Source: Bacteroidales bacterium (GTDB lineage Bacteria > Bacteroidota > Bacteroidia > Bacteroidales > UBA1402). Taken from it: a stretch of DNA of 64,000 nt. The notes under the pieces are model-generated. The model was not told where the DNA came from, made no database searches, and saw only the letters and a program-made list of their open reading frames with translations. Below are positions 45,187-55,657 of this stretch, piece after piece (position 1 is the first letter of the stretch; every line of letters begins with the position of its first letter). Both the position numbers and the translations under genes were made by a program. The stretch lies in the NCBI GenBank assembly GCA_035719105.1, contig DASTGN010000006.1, forward strand, positions 125,085 to 189,084, in the 5' to 3' direction.

Positions 45187-45882
45187 ATGAAAAACCTACT
45201 ATTAGCTTTCGTTGTCCTATTTTTTGCGACTCCGATTTTTGCTCAGGAATATGTCATTAAGGAGCAAATTCCGACGTTTGCACTTGGTTTTCAGCCTCAA
45301 TCTTTCACGTATAAGGCAGCGGAAATCGATATGGACGTTCGTCTATCTCCCAGAAACTGGTTGACCATCGCCCCAAGATTACAATTTGGAAATCCAAAAT
45401 TCAACTCGTACTTTTACGATCCAACAGATGCCATCGACAAAGGTTTCGGCCTTGGTTTGACGTATCGCTATTTTCCCTTGACCTCGCGAACGCGGAAAAT
45501 GAACGATGGAATGGGACCTTTTGTTTCGGCGGCAATGGATCTTTTACAAACGGATTACCATTATATAGGTAGGAAGTATTTGCCTTACACCGATTTGTAC
45601 GGCATTGACGGTTATACTATCGACAATGATTTTGAATACAAGGAGACCGTAGCCAATCTGGGAATATCGGTGAATATCGGATACAGTTGGAGGCTTTTCG
45701 ACATCATGTACATGGAAACCTACCTGGGAGTCGGTGTAAAAATGAGTGATTATGTTTACAACACGGAACGAAATTTCAATTTGGGAAAAAATTACTGGGA
45801 CACTGGCTATTCGGGCTATTATGTTTCGAGTGGTTTCCGTATCGGGGTCTATTTGAACCGATATAAATACGAATTTAAATAA
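45187..45882 (+). CDS. Hypothetical exported, beta-rich protein (possible outer-membrane protein)
   Basis: It has a signal peptide (MKNLLLAFVVLFFATPIFAQ) and alternating aromatic/polar strands (GFGLGLTYRYF, LGISVNIGYSW, TYLGVGVKMS, SSGFRIGVYL). It ends in K, not an aromatic residue, so the barrel call is tentative. Confidence 0.45.
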   Translation: MKNLLLAFVVLFFATPIFAQEYVIKEQIPTFALGFQPQSFTYKAAEIDMDVRLSPRNWLTIAPRLQFGNPKFNSYFYDPTDAIDKGFGLGLTYRYFPLTSRTRKMNDGMGPFVSAAMDLLQTDYHYIGRKYLPYTDLYGIDGYTIDNDFEYKETVANLGISVNIGYSWRLFDIMYMETYLGVGVKMSDYVYNTERNFNLGKNYWDTGYSGYYVSSGFRIGVYLNRYKYEFK

Positions 45883-45886
45883 TAAA

Positions 45887-47026
45887 GTGAACCATAACGG
45901 ACTGTATCTCCATATTCCATTCTGCAAAAGCAAATGCTTTTATTGTGATTTTTATTCTGTTTCACAGACAAGTCTGAAGGAGGAATGGCTCGATGCCCTG
46001 TTGATGGAATTAAAAATGGAACCGGTTTTTTTGGGATCAAACAGGCCGGTTTTGCGTACCGTCTATTTTGGTGGAGGAACCCCGACCCAGTTGTCTTACA
46101 GTGAATTACAGCGAATTTTTGCTGCAATCGATACGTATTTCGACCTTTCAAGTTGTGAGGAAATTACCATAGAAGCCAATCCCGATGATTTGACCCCTTT
46201 GTACATCGCGATGTTGCGTAAACTCCCATTCAACCGCATCAGCATTGGTGTGCAGAGTTTTGACGACCTGGAATTGAAAGCCATCAACAGGCGACATACT
46301 GCACTTGCCGCATTTGAAGCGATTCAGGAATGTTCCAGACAAGGTTTCGACAACATCAGTTTGGATTTGATGTACGGTCTGCCTGGGCAATCCGTTGATA
46401 GTTTTTTATCCTCTGTCAATAAGGCAGTCACGTTACCTGTCAACCATTTGTCATCCTATTCCTTAAGTTGGGAAGTTGGTTCGGTGTTGTATTCCAAACT
46501 TCAAAGTGGAGAACTGAAACAAGCCGACGAAGAACTCTCCGAAGCCTGTTTTTTCGGCATGAAAGATATTCTGGAAAAAAATGGGTTCGAACACTATGAA
46601 TTATCTAACTTTGCCAAACCGGGTTACCATTCGAAACACAATTCCTCCTATTGGGATGGTTCGTATTATTTGGGTGTTGGTCCAGGGGCACACTCCTACA
46701 ACGGTTTGGTTCGGCGGTTTAATCAACCTTCGTTGAAACGTTATGTGGAGGGTGTGCAACGTGGTGGTGATTTTAGAGAAGTCGAAGAACTGGACGCTGT
46801 TGCAAAATATAATGACCATATAATCACCAGATTGCGAACGTTGAAAGGGATGGATCTCACGGAGTTGACCGAGATGTTTGGTTCCTCCAAAACGGATTAT
46901 TGCTTGACGAATGCTGTTAAAAGTATTCGGAATGGGACGCTGGAACAAGATGGAAACCAACTTCGACTTACCCGAGAAGGCTTGTTTGTGTCGGACGCAG
47001 TGATGTCAGATTTGTTAGAAGTATAA
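45887..47026 (+). CDS. hemW: Radical SAM heme chaperone HemW (HemN-like, no oxidase activity expected)
   Basis: It has LYLHIPFCKSKCFYCDF (CxxxCxxC) and GGGTPT. Length is 379 aa, shorter than HemN. It starts with GTG. Confidence 0.85.
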   Translation: MNHNGLYLHIPFCKSKCFYCDFYSVSQTSLKEEWLDALLMELKMEPVFLGSNRPVLRTVYFGGGTPTQLSYSELQRIFAAIDTYFDLSSCEEITIEANPDDLTPLYIAMLRKLPFNRISIGVQSFDDLELKAINRRHTALAAFEAIQECSRQGFDNISLDLMYGLPGQSVDSFLSSVNKAVTLPVNHLSSYSLSWEVGSVLYSKLQSGELKQADEELSEACFFGMKDILEKNGFEHYELSNFAKPGYHSKHNSSYWDGSYYLGVGPGAHSYNGLVRRFNQPSLKRYVEGVQRGGDFREVEELDAVAKYNDHIITRLRTLKGMDLTELTEMFGSSKTDYCLTNAVKSIRNGTLEQDGNQLRLTREGLFVSDAVMSDLLEV

Positions 47027-47042
47027 CTCAATAATAAAATAT

Positions 47043-48737
47043 ATGTATAGAACGATTCTTCTTTTCCTGGCAGTAATGCTCTGTATGACAGGTTATTCAG
47101 CGAGTATCAACGAGTTAGGACAGGTGGTTGATTATCGCATTGTTCCATTGCCTCACAAAATTGATTTACAAGCAGGTGAACCGTTTAAATTGAAATCCTC
47201 TGTAAAGATAGTATACCCCGCTGGTAATCATGACATGCATCGAAATGCTGTCTTTTTGGCTACGTATCTCAAGGACTTGACCGGGAAATCTTGGGCCATC
47301 ACTACCAAATCCAAAGGACCGTGCATTGAATTGAAGCTTGGTTTGAACCATGCGAACAACGAAGCTTACCAAATGGAAGTGAACGCCAATCGCATCGTAA
47401 TTTCTGCCGTTACCGAACAAGGTGTTTTCTACGGAATTCAGACCTTGCGAAAAGCCATACCTGTAGGAGCTCTCAAGGTTGCTATGCCGGCGGTTCTCAT
47501 TCAGGACGAACCTCGCTTTGCCTATCGTGGCATGATGCTCGATGTGGCTCGTCACTTTTTTACTGTGGACGAGGTAAAAACCTACATCGACATGTTGGTC
47601 ATGCACAACATCAATAACTTTCACTGGCATCTATCAGATGATCAGGGTTGGAGAATTGAAATAAAAAAATATCCACGCCTCACCGAAATCGGTTCTAAAA
47701 GGTCTGAAACGGTGATCGGTAAAAATTCCGGACAATACGACGGAATACCTTATGGCGGGTTTTATACGCAAGATCAAATCAAAGAGGTCGTCGATTATGC
47801 CAAGGCCAGATACATCAACATCATTCCCGAAATTGACATGCCAGGTCACATGCTGAGCGCTTTGTCCAGCTATCCTCAACTGGGTTGTACGGGCGGGCCT
47901 TACTCTGTTTGGCGCAAATGGGGCATCGCTCAGGATGTGCTATGTGCGGGCAACGACTCGACCTTGGTTTTCATCAAGGATGTGTTGACGGAACTGATGA
48001 GTCTTTTTCCATCCAGATACATTCACATTGGCGGTGACGAATGCCCGAAAACAAACTGGTCCAAATGCCCCAAATGTCAGGCTCGAATTCAGGAACTTGG
48101 ATTGACTTCGGACGAAAAACATACGGCTGAACAGCGTCTGCAGAGCTACGTCATTCAATATGCCGAAAAAGTGCTTCAGGAACATGGCCGAAATTTGATT
48201 GGCTGGGAAGAAATTCTGGAAGGCGGGCTTGCCCCGAATGCGACCGTCATGTCCTGGCGTGGCATGAATGGTGGTATCGAAGCGGCCAAACAAAAACACT
48301 ACGCCATCATGACGCCCAATAAGTTCGTTTATTTTGATTACTACCAATCGGCCGATAAGGATAAGGAACCACTGGCCATCGGTGGTTTCGTGCCTGTCCA
48401 AAAGGTTTATGAATGGGATCCGTTGTCTCCCTTGCTCGATAAGGAAGAAGAAAAATACATTTTGGGTGCACAAGCCAATCTATGGACGGAATACATTCCG
48501 ACCTTTCAACATGCCCAATACATGGTGCTCCCCCGCATGGCTGCTCTTTGTGAGGTGCAATGGTCCGATTCGACTCAAAAAAATTATCCCGATTTCTTGA
48601 CTCGGATTCCTGTCATGTACAAGATGTACAACCTATATCACTACCAATTCGCCAAGCATTTGTTGAACCAATCAGCCGAACAAGCCACCCTTCCAACTAA
48701 CGGTTCCAAGGATGCAGACAGCGTTCAGACCAAATAG
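47043..48737 (+). CDS. Beta-N-acetylhexosaminidase (GH20)
   Basis: It has RGMMLDVARHF, HWHLSDDQGWR and HIGGDE (the catalytic D-E pair), plus WRGM. A signal peptide is present. Confidence 0.9.
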   Translation: MYRTILLFLAVMLCMTGYSASINELGQVVDYRIVPLPHKIDLQAGEPFKLKSSVKIVYPAGNHDMHRNAVFLATYLKDLTGKSWAITTKSKGPCIELKLGLNHANNEAYQMEVNANRIVISAVTEQGVFYGIQTLRKAIPVGALKVAMPAVLIQDEPRFAYRGMMLDVARHFFTVDEVKTYIDMLVMHNINNFHWHLSDDQGWRIEIKKYPRLTEIGSKRSETVIGKNSGQYDGIPYGGFYTQDQIKEVVDYAKARYINIIPEIDMPGHMLSALSSYPQLGCTGGPYSVWRKWGIAQDVLCAGNDSTLVFIKDVLTELMSLFPSRYIHIGGDECPKTNWSKCPKCQARIQELGLTSDEKHTAEQRLQSYVIQYAEKVLQEHGRNLIGWEEILEGGLAPNATVMSWRGMNGGIEAAKQKHYAIMTPNKFVYFDYYQSADKDKEPLAIGGFVPVQKVYEWDPLSPLLDKEEEKYILGAQANLWTEYIPTFQHAQYMVLPRMAALCEVQWSDSTQKNYPDFLTRIPVMYKMYNLYHYQFAKHLLNQSAEQATLPTNGSKDADSVQTK

Positions 48738-49399
48738 ATTTCTCCAAAGAATTCTGGTCGATGAAAATCTGGTCGTTCCGTTGCGATCGGGCTCCAGGTT
48801 ACATAATGCGGTTGATTGGTTGCATCGGCACATTTGTAGAAATTGCCGAGCAGTTTTGATGGCAGGTGCTCCGAATCGATTCCCATCAATTTGAATGGAA
48901 TTCGAACGCAGAGTTCCCACGAGAACAATCCGTTGAGTTCGTTGAACGCGCGGTGCCCAATGCTCGACCAACGCTCGATTTCAGCCATTTCGGCAGTGGA
49001 AAGATAGGCAAAGTTTTCGCGGGTCTTAAAATGGCGAGCCGCTTTGCAAACCCCTGAACAGTTGAACTCGAAGTTGAAATAGTCGTCACTTTCCGGCGTT
49101 TTGACGAAAAATTCCACGCAGCTGTCTTCGTGTACCGCTTCGTTGTCCTTGGTATTAACGGCACGCAGGCAATTGCCATGCACCTGATACAACAAAAACA
49201 AATCGGTTTTGCTGTGGGCGGCGCTCACGGTGGTAAGGGGGCGATAACCGTACAACTGGGGCCAATTCAACGTTTCTACCGAAAAACGGGTGCCGAACTC
49301 ATCGATGCATTCAGCCGCGCGTTCCAACGAAATCGTTTTCAGATCGGGCAGGTACGGAATGGATAATGTTTTCATTCCTCTTTTCATTTCTCTATACAA
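48725..49399 (-). CDS. Hypothetical protein, possibly a CBM9-like/DOMON-like beta-sandwich
   Basis: The ~220-aa ORF has a pattern (CVEFFVKTPESDDYFNFEFNCSG...) that only weakly resembles CBM9-like domains. The start is uncertain (49399 or 49375). Confidence 0.4.
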   Translation of the reverse strand: MYREMKRGMKTLSIPYLPDLKTISLERAAECIDEFGTRFSVETLNWPQLYGYRPLTTVSAAHSKTDLFLLYQVHGNCLRAVNTKDNEAVHEDSCVEFFVKTPESDDYFNFEFNCSGVCKAARHFKTRENFAYLSTAEMAEIERWSSIGHRAFNELNGLFSWELCVRIPFKLMGIDSEHLPSKLLGNFYKCADATNQPHYVTWSPIATERPDFHRPEFFGEIYLV

Positions 49400-49720
49400 C
49401 TACAATATTACAATGTTTTGGGGCGAAATGCAAGAAGTGGGAGGGGATAATAGAAGAATTACCAATTAAAGTTTTGATCAACCATGGTTTGCATGTGCCC
49501 ACCCATCCTGCACTGGGAGTAGGTGCGTTCTGCAGTTTGCGCGCAACTTCGACTAAATTTCCAGATCGTGCAAAAATGTACCCGAAATAGATAGTTTAAA
49601 ACGTTTTATTACTTTTGTATGACAAGAGCTTTAGGATGGGAGATTATCACGTAGGGTTCTGGGAAAGGCAGGAGGGGAAGCTCCTCAGGCTTACTCGATT
49701 AAATTAAAAGGTATTTTTGA

Positions 49721-50857
49721 ATGAATTCTACAGATAAGCAGCTTTCGGTTTTTTCGGATTCCAAAAGCCATTACGAAATTCTTGATGGTTTACGCGGTGT
49801 GGCCGCAGTCATGGTTGTGATATTTCACTTGTTTGAAGCATTTTCATTTGGTGACCACCTGAAACAGATTGTCAATCATGGATATCTGGCCGTCGATTTT
49901 TTCTTTGTTCTTTCAGGCTTTGTTATAGGCTATGCCTACGATGATCGTTGGGGCAAAATGACTTTGGGAAGTTTCTTCAAACGTCGCCTAATTCGACTTC
50001 ATCCTATGATTATCATGGGAATGATCATTGGTGCCATTGGATTCTATTTCAGTGCATCGCCTGCCTTATTTCCAGGAATCAGCAATGTGCCTGTATGGAA
50101 AATGCTATTGATCATGCTGATCGGATTCACCTTGATTCCGGTGCCCGTATCGATGGATATCAGAGGTTGGAGCGAGATGCACCCCCTTGATGGACCAGCT
50201 TGGACCCTTTTCTTTGAGTATGTTGGCAATATTTTATACGCCCTATTTATTAGAAAATTCTCGAACAAGGCACTCGCGTTTTTGGTTTTTATAGCAGGCT
50301 GTGCGTTAATCCACCTGGCTGTTACAAGTAGTAATGGCGATGTGGTGGGGGGGTGGTCACTCGAACCGGCCCAATTTCGCATTGGCATTACCCGATTAAT
50401 GTATCCCTTTTTTGCAGGACTTCTACTTTCCCGCATTTGTAAACCCGGAAGCATCAGGCATGCTTTTTTGTGGACCAGTTTATTGGTGGTCCTTATCCTT
50501 GCCATGCCTCGAATTGGTGGTCGTGAGCATTTATGGTTGAACGGCCTGTACGATTCCTTATCAATTATTGTTTTTTTCCCTTTGATCGTACATATAGGTG
50601 CAAGCGGCACTATTAAAGGAAAACTCGCAAGTAAGATATGCAGGTTCTTCGGCGATATTTCGTATCCGATTTACATCATTCACTATCCTTTGATATACAT
50701 TTTTACCGCATGGGTTGTTGACAACAAGGTCTCGATGCAAGTTGCCTGGCCTATGGCAACCCTTGTATTATTTGTGTCTATGGCCCTTGCTTATGGAAGT
50801 TTGAGACTCTACGATGTGCCTGTGAGAAAATGGCTTGCAAAACGCTTCATAAAATAA
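49721..50857 (+). CDS. Acyltransferase family 3 (membrane O-acyltransferase)
   Basis: It begins ILDGLRGVAAVMVVIFH and has about 10 TM segments. Length is 378 aa. Confidence 0.85.
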   Translation: MNSTDKQLSVFSDSKSHYEILDGLRGVAAVMVVIFHLFEAFSFGDHLKQIVNHGYLAVDFFFVLSGFVIGYAYDDRWGKMTLGSFFKRRLIRLHPMIIMGMIIGAIGFYFSASPALFPGISNVPVWKMLLIMLIGFTLIPVPVSMDIRGWSEMHPLDGPAWTLFFEYVGNILYALFIRKFSNKALAFLVFIAGCALIHLAVTSSNGDVVGGWSLEPAQFRIGITRLMYPFFAGLLLSRICKPGSIRHAFLWTSLLVVLILAMPRIGGREHLWLNGLYDSLSIIVFFPLIVHIGASGTIKGKLASKICRFFGDISYPIYIIHYPLIYIFTAWVVDNKVSMQVAWPMATLVLFVSMALAYGSLRLYDVPVRKWLAKRFIK

Positions 50858-50898
50858 ATGTCTGAAGCGTTTTAATCAAAAGTTCGTGTAATTTTACC

Positions 50899-50906
50899 TA
50901 CCTTTG
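50899..50906 (+). promoter_or_regulatory. Candidate TAnnTTTG -7 box upstream of purL
   Basis: tacctttg lies 28 nt upstream of the ATG at 50934. It overlaps the TTG at 50904 that the ORF track uses as a start, which argues for the ATG. Confidence 0.35.
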
Positions 50907-50933
50907 CAGCATCTAAGCAACCCCATCAACACA

Positions 50934-53900
50934 ATGATTCAATTCTTTAGTACACAGGCTGGTAGCATTATTGCTGTGCAGGCCAAGAGTGTTTTTTCAG
51001 AGGCTGAAAAGGCCAAATTGATCTGGCTTTTGAGTGAAGCCAAACCCCTTGACGATAAAGTTCTGGAAGGAATTTTCGTGGGACCTCGTCGCGAAATGAT
51101 TACGCCGTGGAGCACCAATGCTGTGGAAATTGCTGCCAATCTGGGTGTGGAAGGCATTCAGCGCATGGAGGAATTCTTTCCCGTTCAAACGGAAGAAGCC
51201 GAGCATGACAGCATGTTGCAGCGCATTTTCAAAGGGTTGAACCAAGATTTGTTCACCATTTCCAAACAGCCGGAACCCATTCGGACCATTTCAGACATTG
51301 CAACATATAATGAGCAGGAAGGTTTGGCCTTGAGCCCAGACGAAATTGACTATTTGGACGAAGTGGCTATTAAAATGGGTCGCAAACTCACTGACAGCGA
51401 AGTTTTTGGTTTCTCTCAGGTGAACTCGGAACACTGTCGCCACAAAATTTTCGGGGGCGTTTACATTATCGACGGCGAAGAAAAGCCTTCATCCTTATTT
51501 GAACTCATTAAAAAAACATCGGCCATCAATCCCAATCGGTTGGTTTCGGCCTATAAGGACAATGTGGCATTTAATCAAGGCCCTGTCATTGAGCAGTTTG
51601 CACCGGCAACGTCGGATAAGCCAGACTTCTTTGAAATCAAAGATTTTGAATCGGTCATTTCCCTCAAGGCCGAAACCCATAATTTTCCTACTACGGTCGA
51701 ACCCTTTAATGGAGCGGCTACCGGTACCGGTGGTGAAATCCGCGACCGACTGGGTGGTGGCAAAGCTTCCTTGCCCATCGCGGGTACTGCCGTTTACATG
51801 ACTTCTTACCCGCGCACCGAGCCGGATCGCGAGTGGGAGCAATCCATGGAGGAACGCCCTTGGTTGTACCAGACGCCGGAACAGATTCTCATCAAGGCAT
51901 CGAACGGTGCCAGTGATTTTGGAAATAAATTTGGACAGCCGCTGATTTGCGGTTCGTTGCTGACGTTTGAACATGCTGAAAATTCGAAAAAATTCGCTTA
52001 CGATAAAGTGATCATGCTGGCCGGCGGTGTCGGTTTCGGCAAAAAAGCGGACGCTTTGAAGGGTAATCCGAAGGTGGGCCAGAAGGTGGTGCTACTGGGT
52101 GGTGACAACTATCGCATCGGTATGGGTGGCGGTGCCGTTTCTTCCGTGGAAACCGGCCAATACTCATCCGGCATTGAGCTGAACGCTGTTCAACGCGCCA
52201 ACCCCGAAATGCAAAAACGTGCGGCCAATGTGATTCGTGCCTTGGCTGAACTCGATAACAACCCGGTCGTTTCCATCCACGACCACGGTGCAGGCGGCCA
52301 TTTGAACTGCTTGTCCGAATTGGTGGAGGCTACTGGTGGCAAAATAGACATGAGCAAGTTGCCCATTGGAGATCCGACGCTTTCGGCCAAGGAAATCATC
52401 GGCAATGAGAGCCAGGAACGCATGGGTCTGTTGGTCAACGCAGAAGATATCGATTTCATCAAGCGAGTTGCCGACCGCGAACGCTCACCCATGTATGTGG
52501 TGGGCGAAACGACGGGTGATCATATGTTTGTCTTTGAACAAGCTGATGGCCAGAAGCCTATGGATTGGCGCTTGGATTACATGATTGGTAAACCCCCGCG
52601 GACCGTCATTACGGATTCGACCGTGAAAGAAACGTATGAAAGCGTTACTTACGAAGCATCGTTGTTAGACGAATATGTGGAAACCGTGCTTCAACTTGAG
52701 GCGGTGGCTTGTAAAGACTGGCTCACCAACAAGGTGGACCGTTCGGTGACGGGTAAAGTGGCGCAGCAACAGTGCGTGGGTGAAATTCAGTTGCCTTTAT
52801 CCGACTGCGGTGTGGTCGCCTTGGATTATCGGGGCAAAGCGGGTATCGCTACGTCCATCGGGCATGCTCCGCAGGCTGCATTGGCCGACCCTGCTGCAGG
52901 TTCCGTACTGGCTATCGCCGAATCGTTGACCAATATTGTTTGGGCACCACTTAAAGAGCAGATTGACAGCATTTCGCTTTCGGCCAACTGGATGTGGGCC
53001 TGCAAGAATCCTGGTGAGGATGCACGATTGTATAAAGCCGTGCAGGCTGCTTCGGATTTTGCTATTGCCCTGGGTATCAACATTCCGACTGGCAAGGATT
53101 CTTTGTCCATGACGCAAAAATATGGAGACGAAAAGGTGTTCTCGCCAGGTACGGTCATCATTTCTGCCGGAGCGGAAGTTTCGGACGTGAAGAAGGTGCT
53201 GACGCCGGTGTTGGTGAACAATCCTGCGTATCCTTTGTATCACATTGATTTCTCATTCGATACACTTAAATTAGGTGGTTCAGCCTTCGCTCAGTCTTTG
53301 AATAAGATTGGAGACGAGGTTCCGACAGTAACCAAACCCGAATATTTCCGTGAAGCGTTCAACGCCATTCAACATTTCATAGATCAAAAATGGATTGTGG
53401 CTGGTCACGACATTTCAGCCGGCGGTCTCATCACGGCCATGCTCGAAATGTGTTTCGCCAATGTGGACGGTGGTTTGGAAATCAATTTAGATGGTGTGGC
53501 CGAAACTGATTTGATCAAAATATTGTTCGCCGAAAATCCTGGTGTGCTCATTCAAGCGCGAGAACCTCAGAAAGTGGAAAAATACTTGTTCGAAAACGGG
53601 CTTGGTTTTGCTAAACTCGGTGTGCCTGCCGAAGAACGTCAGATATTGATTGAAAAGGACGGCGCGCAATACGACTTTTTTATCGACCATTTGCGTGACG
53701 TTTGGTTTGAATCGTCCTATTTGCTGGAACGCAGACAAAGCGGTGTGAAAGCAGCGACGGCGCGGTTCGAAAACTATAAATTGCAACCGCTGGAATTTGT
53801 TTATCCTCAATCGTTTAATGGTAAGTTTTCCAAATACGGCATTTCTCCAGACCGCCGAACCAAAACGGGGGTAAGAGCAGCCATCATTCGTGAAAAAGGT

Positions 53901-54626
53901 GTAAACGGCGACCGTGAAATGGCTTATGCCTTATATTTGGCCGGTTTCGACGTTAAAGATGTGCACATGACCGATCTCATGTCAGGCCGCGAAACACTGC
54001 AAGATGTGAACATGATCGTCTTCGTGGGCGGTTTTTCCAACTCCGACGTCCTTGGTTCCGCCAAAGGTTGGGCCGGTGGCTTCCTCTTCAACGAAACAGC
54101 TCGCAAAGCGCTGGATGCTTTTTATGCTCGCCAAGACACCTTGAGCCTCGGTATCTGCAACGGTTGCCAATGTTTGGTTGAACTCGGCCTGATTTATCCC
54201 GAACACCAGCAGATGCCCAAAATGTTGCACAACGAATCGCACAAGTTCGAGTCTGAGTTCGTCACGGTAACCATTCCCGAAAACCATTCTGTGATGCTGA
54301 AATCGTTGGCAGGCAGTAAATTGGGAGTTTGGGTGGCTCATGGAGAAGGCAAGTTCAACCTGCCTTACGAAGAATCCAAATACCACATCATAGCCAAATA
54401 CAACCATTCCGCATATCCTGCTAATCCCAACGGTTCCGACTTTGATACCGCTGGTATTTGTTCCGCTGATGGCCGCCATTTAGCCATGATGCCACATCCT
54501 GAACGCGCCATTTTCCCTTGGCAGAACGCGAATTATCCATTGGATCGTATCAACTCCGACCAAGTTACTCCTTGGATGGAAGCTTTTGTAAACGCCCGCA
54601 AATGGGTTGATGAAAAAACAAAATAA
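50934..54626 (+). CDS. purL: Phosphoribosylformylglycinamidine synthase (single-chain large PurL)
   Basis: The ~1230-aa protein has [22 protein letters not shown], a duplicated AIR-synthase-like core, and a C-terminal glutaminase domain (GICNGCQ with catalytic Cys, and MMPHPER). Confidence 0.95.
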   Translation: MIQFFSTQAGSIIAVQAKSVFSEAEKAKLIWLLSEAKPLDDKVLEGIFVGPRREMITPWSTNAVEIAANLGVEGIQRMEEFFPVQTEEAEHDSMLQRIFKGLNQDLFTISKQPEPIRTISDIATYNEQEGLALSPDEIDYLDEVAIKMGRKLTDSEVFGFSQVNSEHCRHKIFGGVYIIDGEEKPSSLFELIKKTSAINPNRLVSAYKDNVAFNQGPVIEQFAPATSDKPDFFEIKDFESVISLKAETHNFPTTVEPFNGAATGTGGEIRDRLGGGKASLPIAGTAVYMTSYPRTEPDREWEQSMEERPWLYQTPEQILIKASNGASDFGNKFGQPLICGSLLTFEHAENSKKFAYDKVIMLAGGVGFGKKADALKGNPKVGQKVVLLGGDNYRIGMGGGAVSSVETGQYSSGIELNAVQRANPEMQKRAANVIRALAELDNNPVVSIHDHGAGGHLNCLSELVEATGGKIDMSKLPIGDPTLSAKEIIGNESQERMGLLVNAEDIDFIKRVADRERSPMYVVGETTGDHMFVFEQADGQKPMDWRLDYMIGKPPRTVITDSTVKETYESVTYEASLLDEYVETVLQLEAVACKDWLTNKVDRSVTGKVAQQQCVGEIQLPLSDCGVVALDYRGKAGIATSIGHAPQAALADPAAGSVLAIAESLTNIVWAPLKEQIDSISLSANWMWACKNPGEDARLYKAVQAASDFAIALGINIPTGKDSLSMTQKYGDEKVFSPGTVIISAGAEVSDVKKVLTPVLVNNPAYPLYHIDFSFDTLKLGGSAFAQSLNKIGDEVPTVTKPEYFREAFNAIQHFIDQKWIVAGHDISAGGLITAMLEMCFANVDGGLEINLDGVAETDLIKILFAENPGVLIQAREPQKVEKYLFENGLGFAKLGVPAEERQILIEKDGAQYDFFIDHLRDVWFESSYLLERRQSGVKAATARFENYKLQPLEFVYPQSFNGKFSKYGISPDRRTKTGVRAAIIREKGVNGDREMAYALYLAGFDVKDVHMTDLMSGRETLQDVNMIVFVGGFSNSDVLGSAKGWAGGFLFNETARKALDAFYARQDTLSLGICNGCQCLVELGLIYPEHQQMPKMLHNESHKFESEFVTVTIPENHSVMLKSLAGSKLGVWVAHGEGKFNLPYEESKYHIIAKYNHSAYPANPNGSDFDTAGICSADGRHLAMMPHPERAIFPWQNANYPLDRINSDQVTPWMEAFVNARKWVDEKTK

Positions 54627-55456
54627 TGGCAATTCTCGGAAAAGTTAACCCTTTAAAAGTGGTGAAAGTCGTGGACTTTGGTGTCTACTTGGACGGCGGA
54701 AGTGATGGAGAGATTCTGTTACCAAAGCGTTATGTTCCCGAAAGCTGTGAGATAGGCGACACGTTGTCTGTTTTCATCTACAACGACTCAGAAGACAGGC
54801 TGATTGCCACGACGGAGAAACCCTTGGTCATGGTAGGTGAATTCGCCACTTTGGAAGTGGTGGAAGTCAACGAAGTGGGTGCGTTTTTGGATTGGGGGCT
54901 GATGAAAAACCTGATGGTCCCATTCCGGGAGCAGAAGATCAAGATGGAAGCAGGTCGTCGCTACCCGGTGTTCGTCTTTGTCGATTTCGACAGTAAGCGG
55001 ATAACGGCTTCGGCCAAGATTGAAAAATTCGTGGACGAAAGCAAGCCGGAATTGGAAGTAGGGCAGGAGGTTGATCTTCTCATTTACAAGAAGACAGATA
55101 TGGGTTGGAAAGCCATTGTCAATCAGCAATATACTGGTGTTTTGTACGATAACGAGATTTTTAGGGAAGTTCACACCGGTGATTCCTTGAAGGGCTTTGT
55201 TAAGCTTATTCGCCCGGATGACAAGATTGATTTGATGTTGCAGAAGCCCGGTTTCGAAAAAATCGATGATTTTGCGCTCAAGCTTCTAGATTTATTGAAG
55301 CAAAATGACGGCTATCTGCCGTATACAGACAAAAGTCCGGCGGATGCCATTTATGAGGAGTTCGGCATCAGTAAGAAAACATTCAAGAAAGCGGTTGGTG
55401 ATTTGTATAAAAAGCGACTTATTTTATTGGAGCCAGACGGAATCCGATTGGCTTGA
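54626..55456 (+). CDS. S1-like RNA-binding protein (CvfB/YitL family)
   Basis: The 276-aa protein has three S1-like repeats (FGVYLDGGSDGEILLP, GAFLDWGLMKNLMVP, GWKAIVNQQYTGVLY) and a C-terminal winged-helix-like tail. It shares a TAATG overlap with purL. Confidence 0.7.
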   Translation: MAILGKVNPLKVVKVVDFGVYLDGGSDGEILLPKRYVPESCEIGDTLSVFIYNDSEDRLIATTEKPLVMVGEFATLEVVEVNEVGAFLDWGLMKNLMVPFREQKIKMEAGRRYPVFVFVDFDSKRITASAKIEKFVDESKPELEVGQEVDLLIYKKTDMGWKAIVNQQYTGVLYDNEIFREVHTGDSLKGFVKLIRPDDKIDLMLQKPGFEKIDDFALKLLDLLKQNDGYLPYTDKSPADAIYEEFGISKKTFKKAVGDLYKKRLILLEPDGIRLA

Positions 55457-55477
55457 AATCCGCAAAATAGTATGATA

Positions 55478-55509
55478 GGGAGTATGTTGATTCATATTCC
55501 CTTTTTTTT
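55478..55509 (+). terminator. Rho-independent terminator after the CvfB-like gene
   Basis: gggagtatg (55478-55486) pairs with catattccc (55493-55501), with one G:U pair. It is followed by 8 T. Confidence 0.75.
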
Positions 55510-55627
55510 GCTTCGACTTATTTTTACTATAATGCTCATAATGATGCAATAAATGGTAATAAAAGTACATAATGTAACAAAAAATAAAATAAGTATGTCA
55601 TAATGTAGTATAATATGCCAAAAATAG

Positions 55628-55635
55628 TACCTTTG
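55628..55635 (+). promoter_or_regulatory. Candidate TAnnTTTG -7 box upstream of amt
   Basis: tacctttg lies 23 nt upstream of the ATG at 55658. Confidence 0.35.
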
Positions 55636-55657
55636 CGCTCAAATTAACCTAATTGAG

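Noticed and set aside
49400-49720. A 320-nt intergenic region upstream of the acyltransferase. It contains a 74-aa ORF (49366..49590) and a G-rich stretch (gggttctgggaaaggcaggaggggaagctcctc).
   Set aside because: The ORF has odd composition and no upstream signal. I could not fold the G-rich stretch into any riboswitch or sRNA class I recognise, so there is no positive evidence beyond its length.
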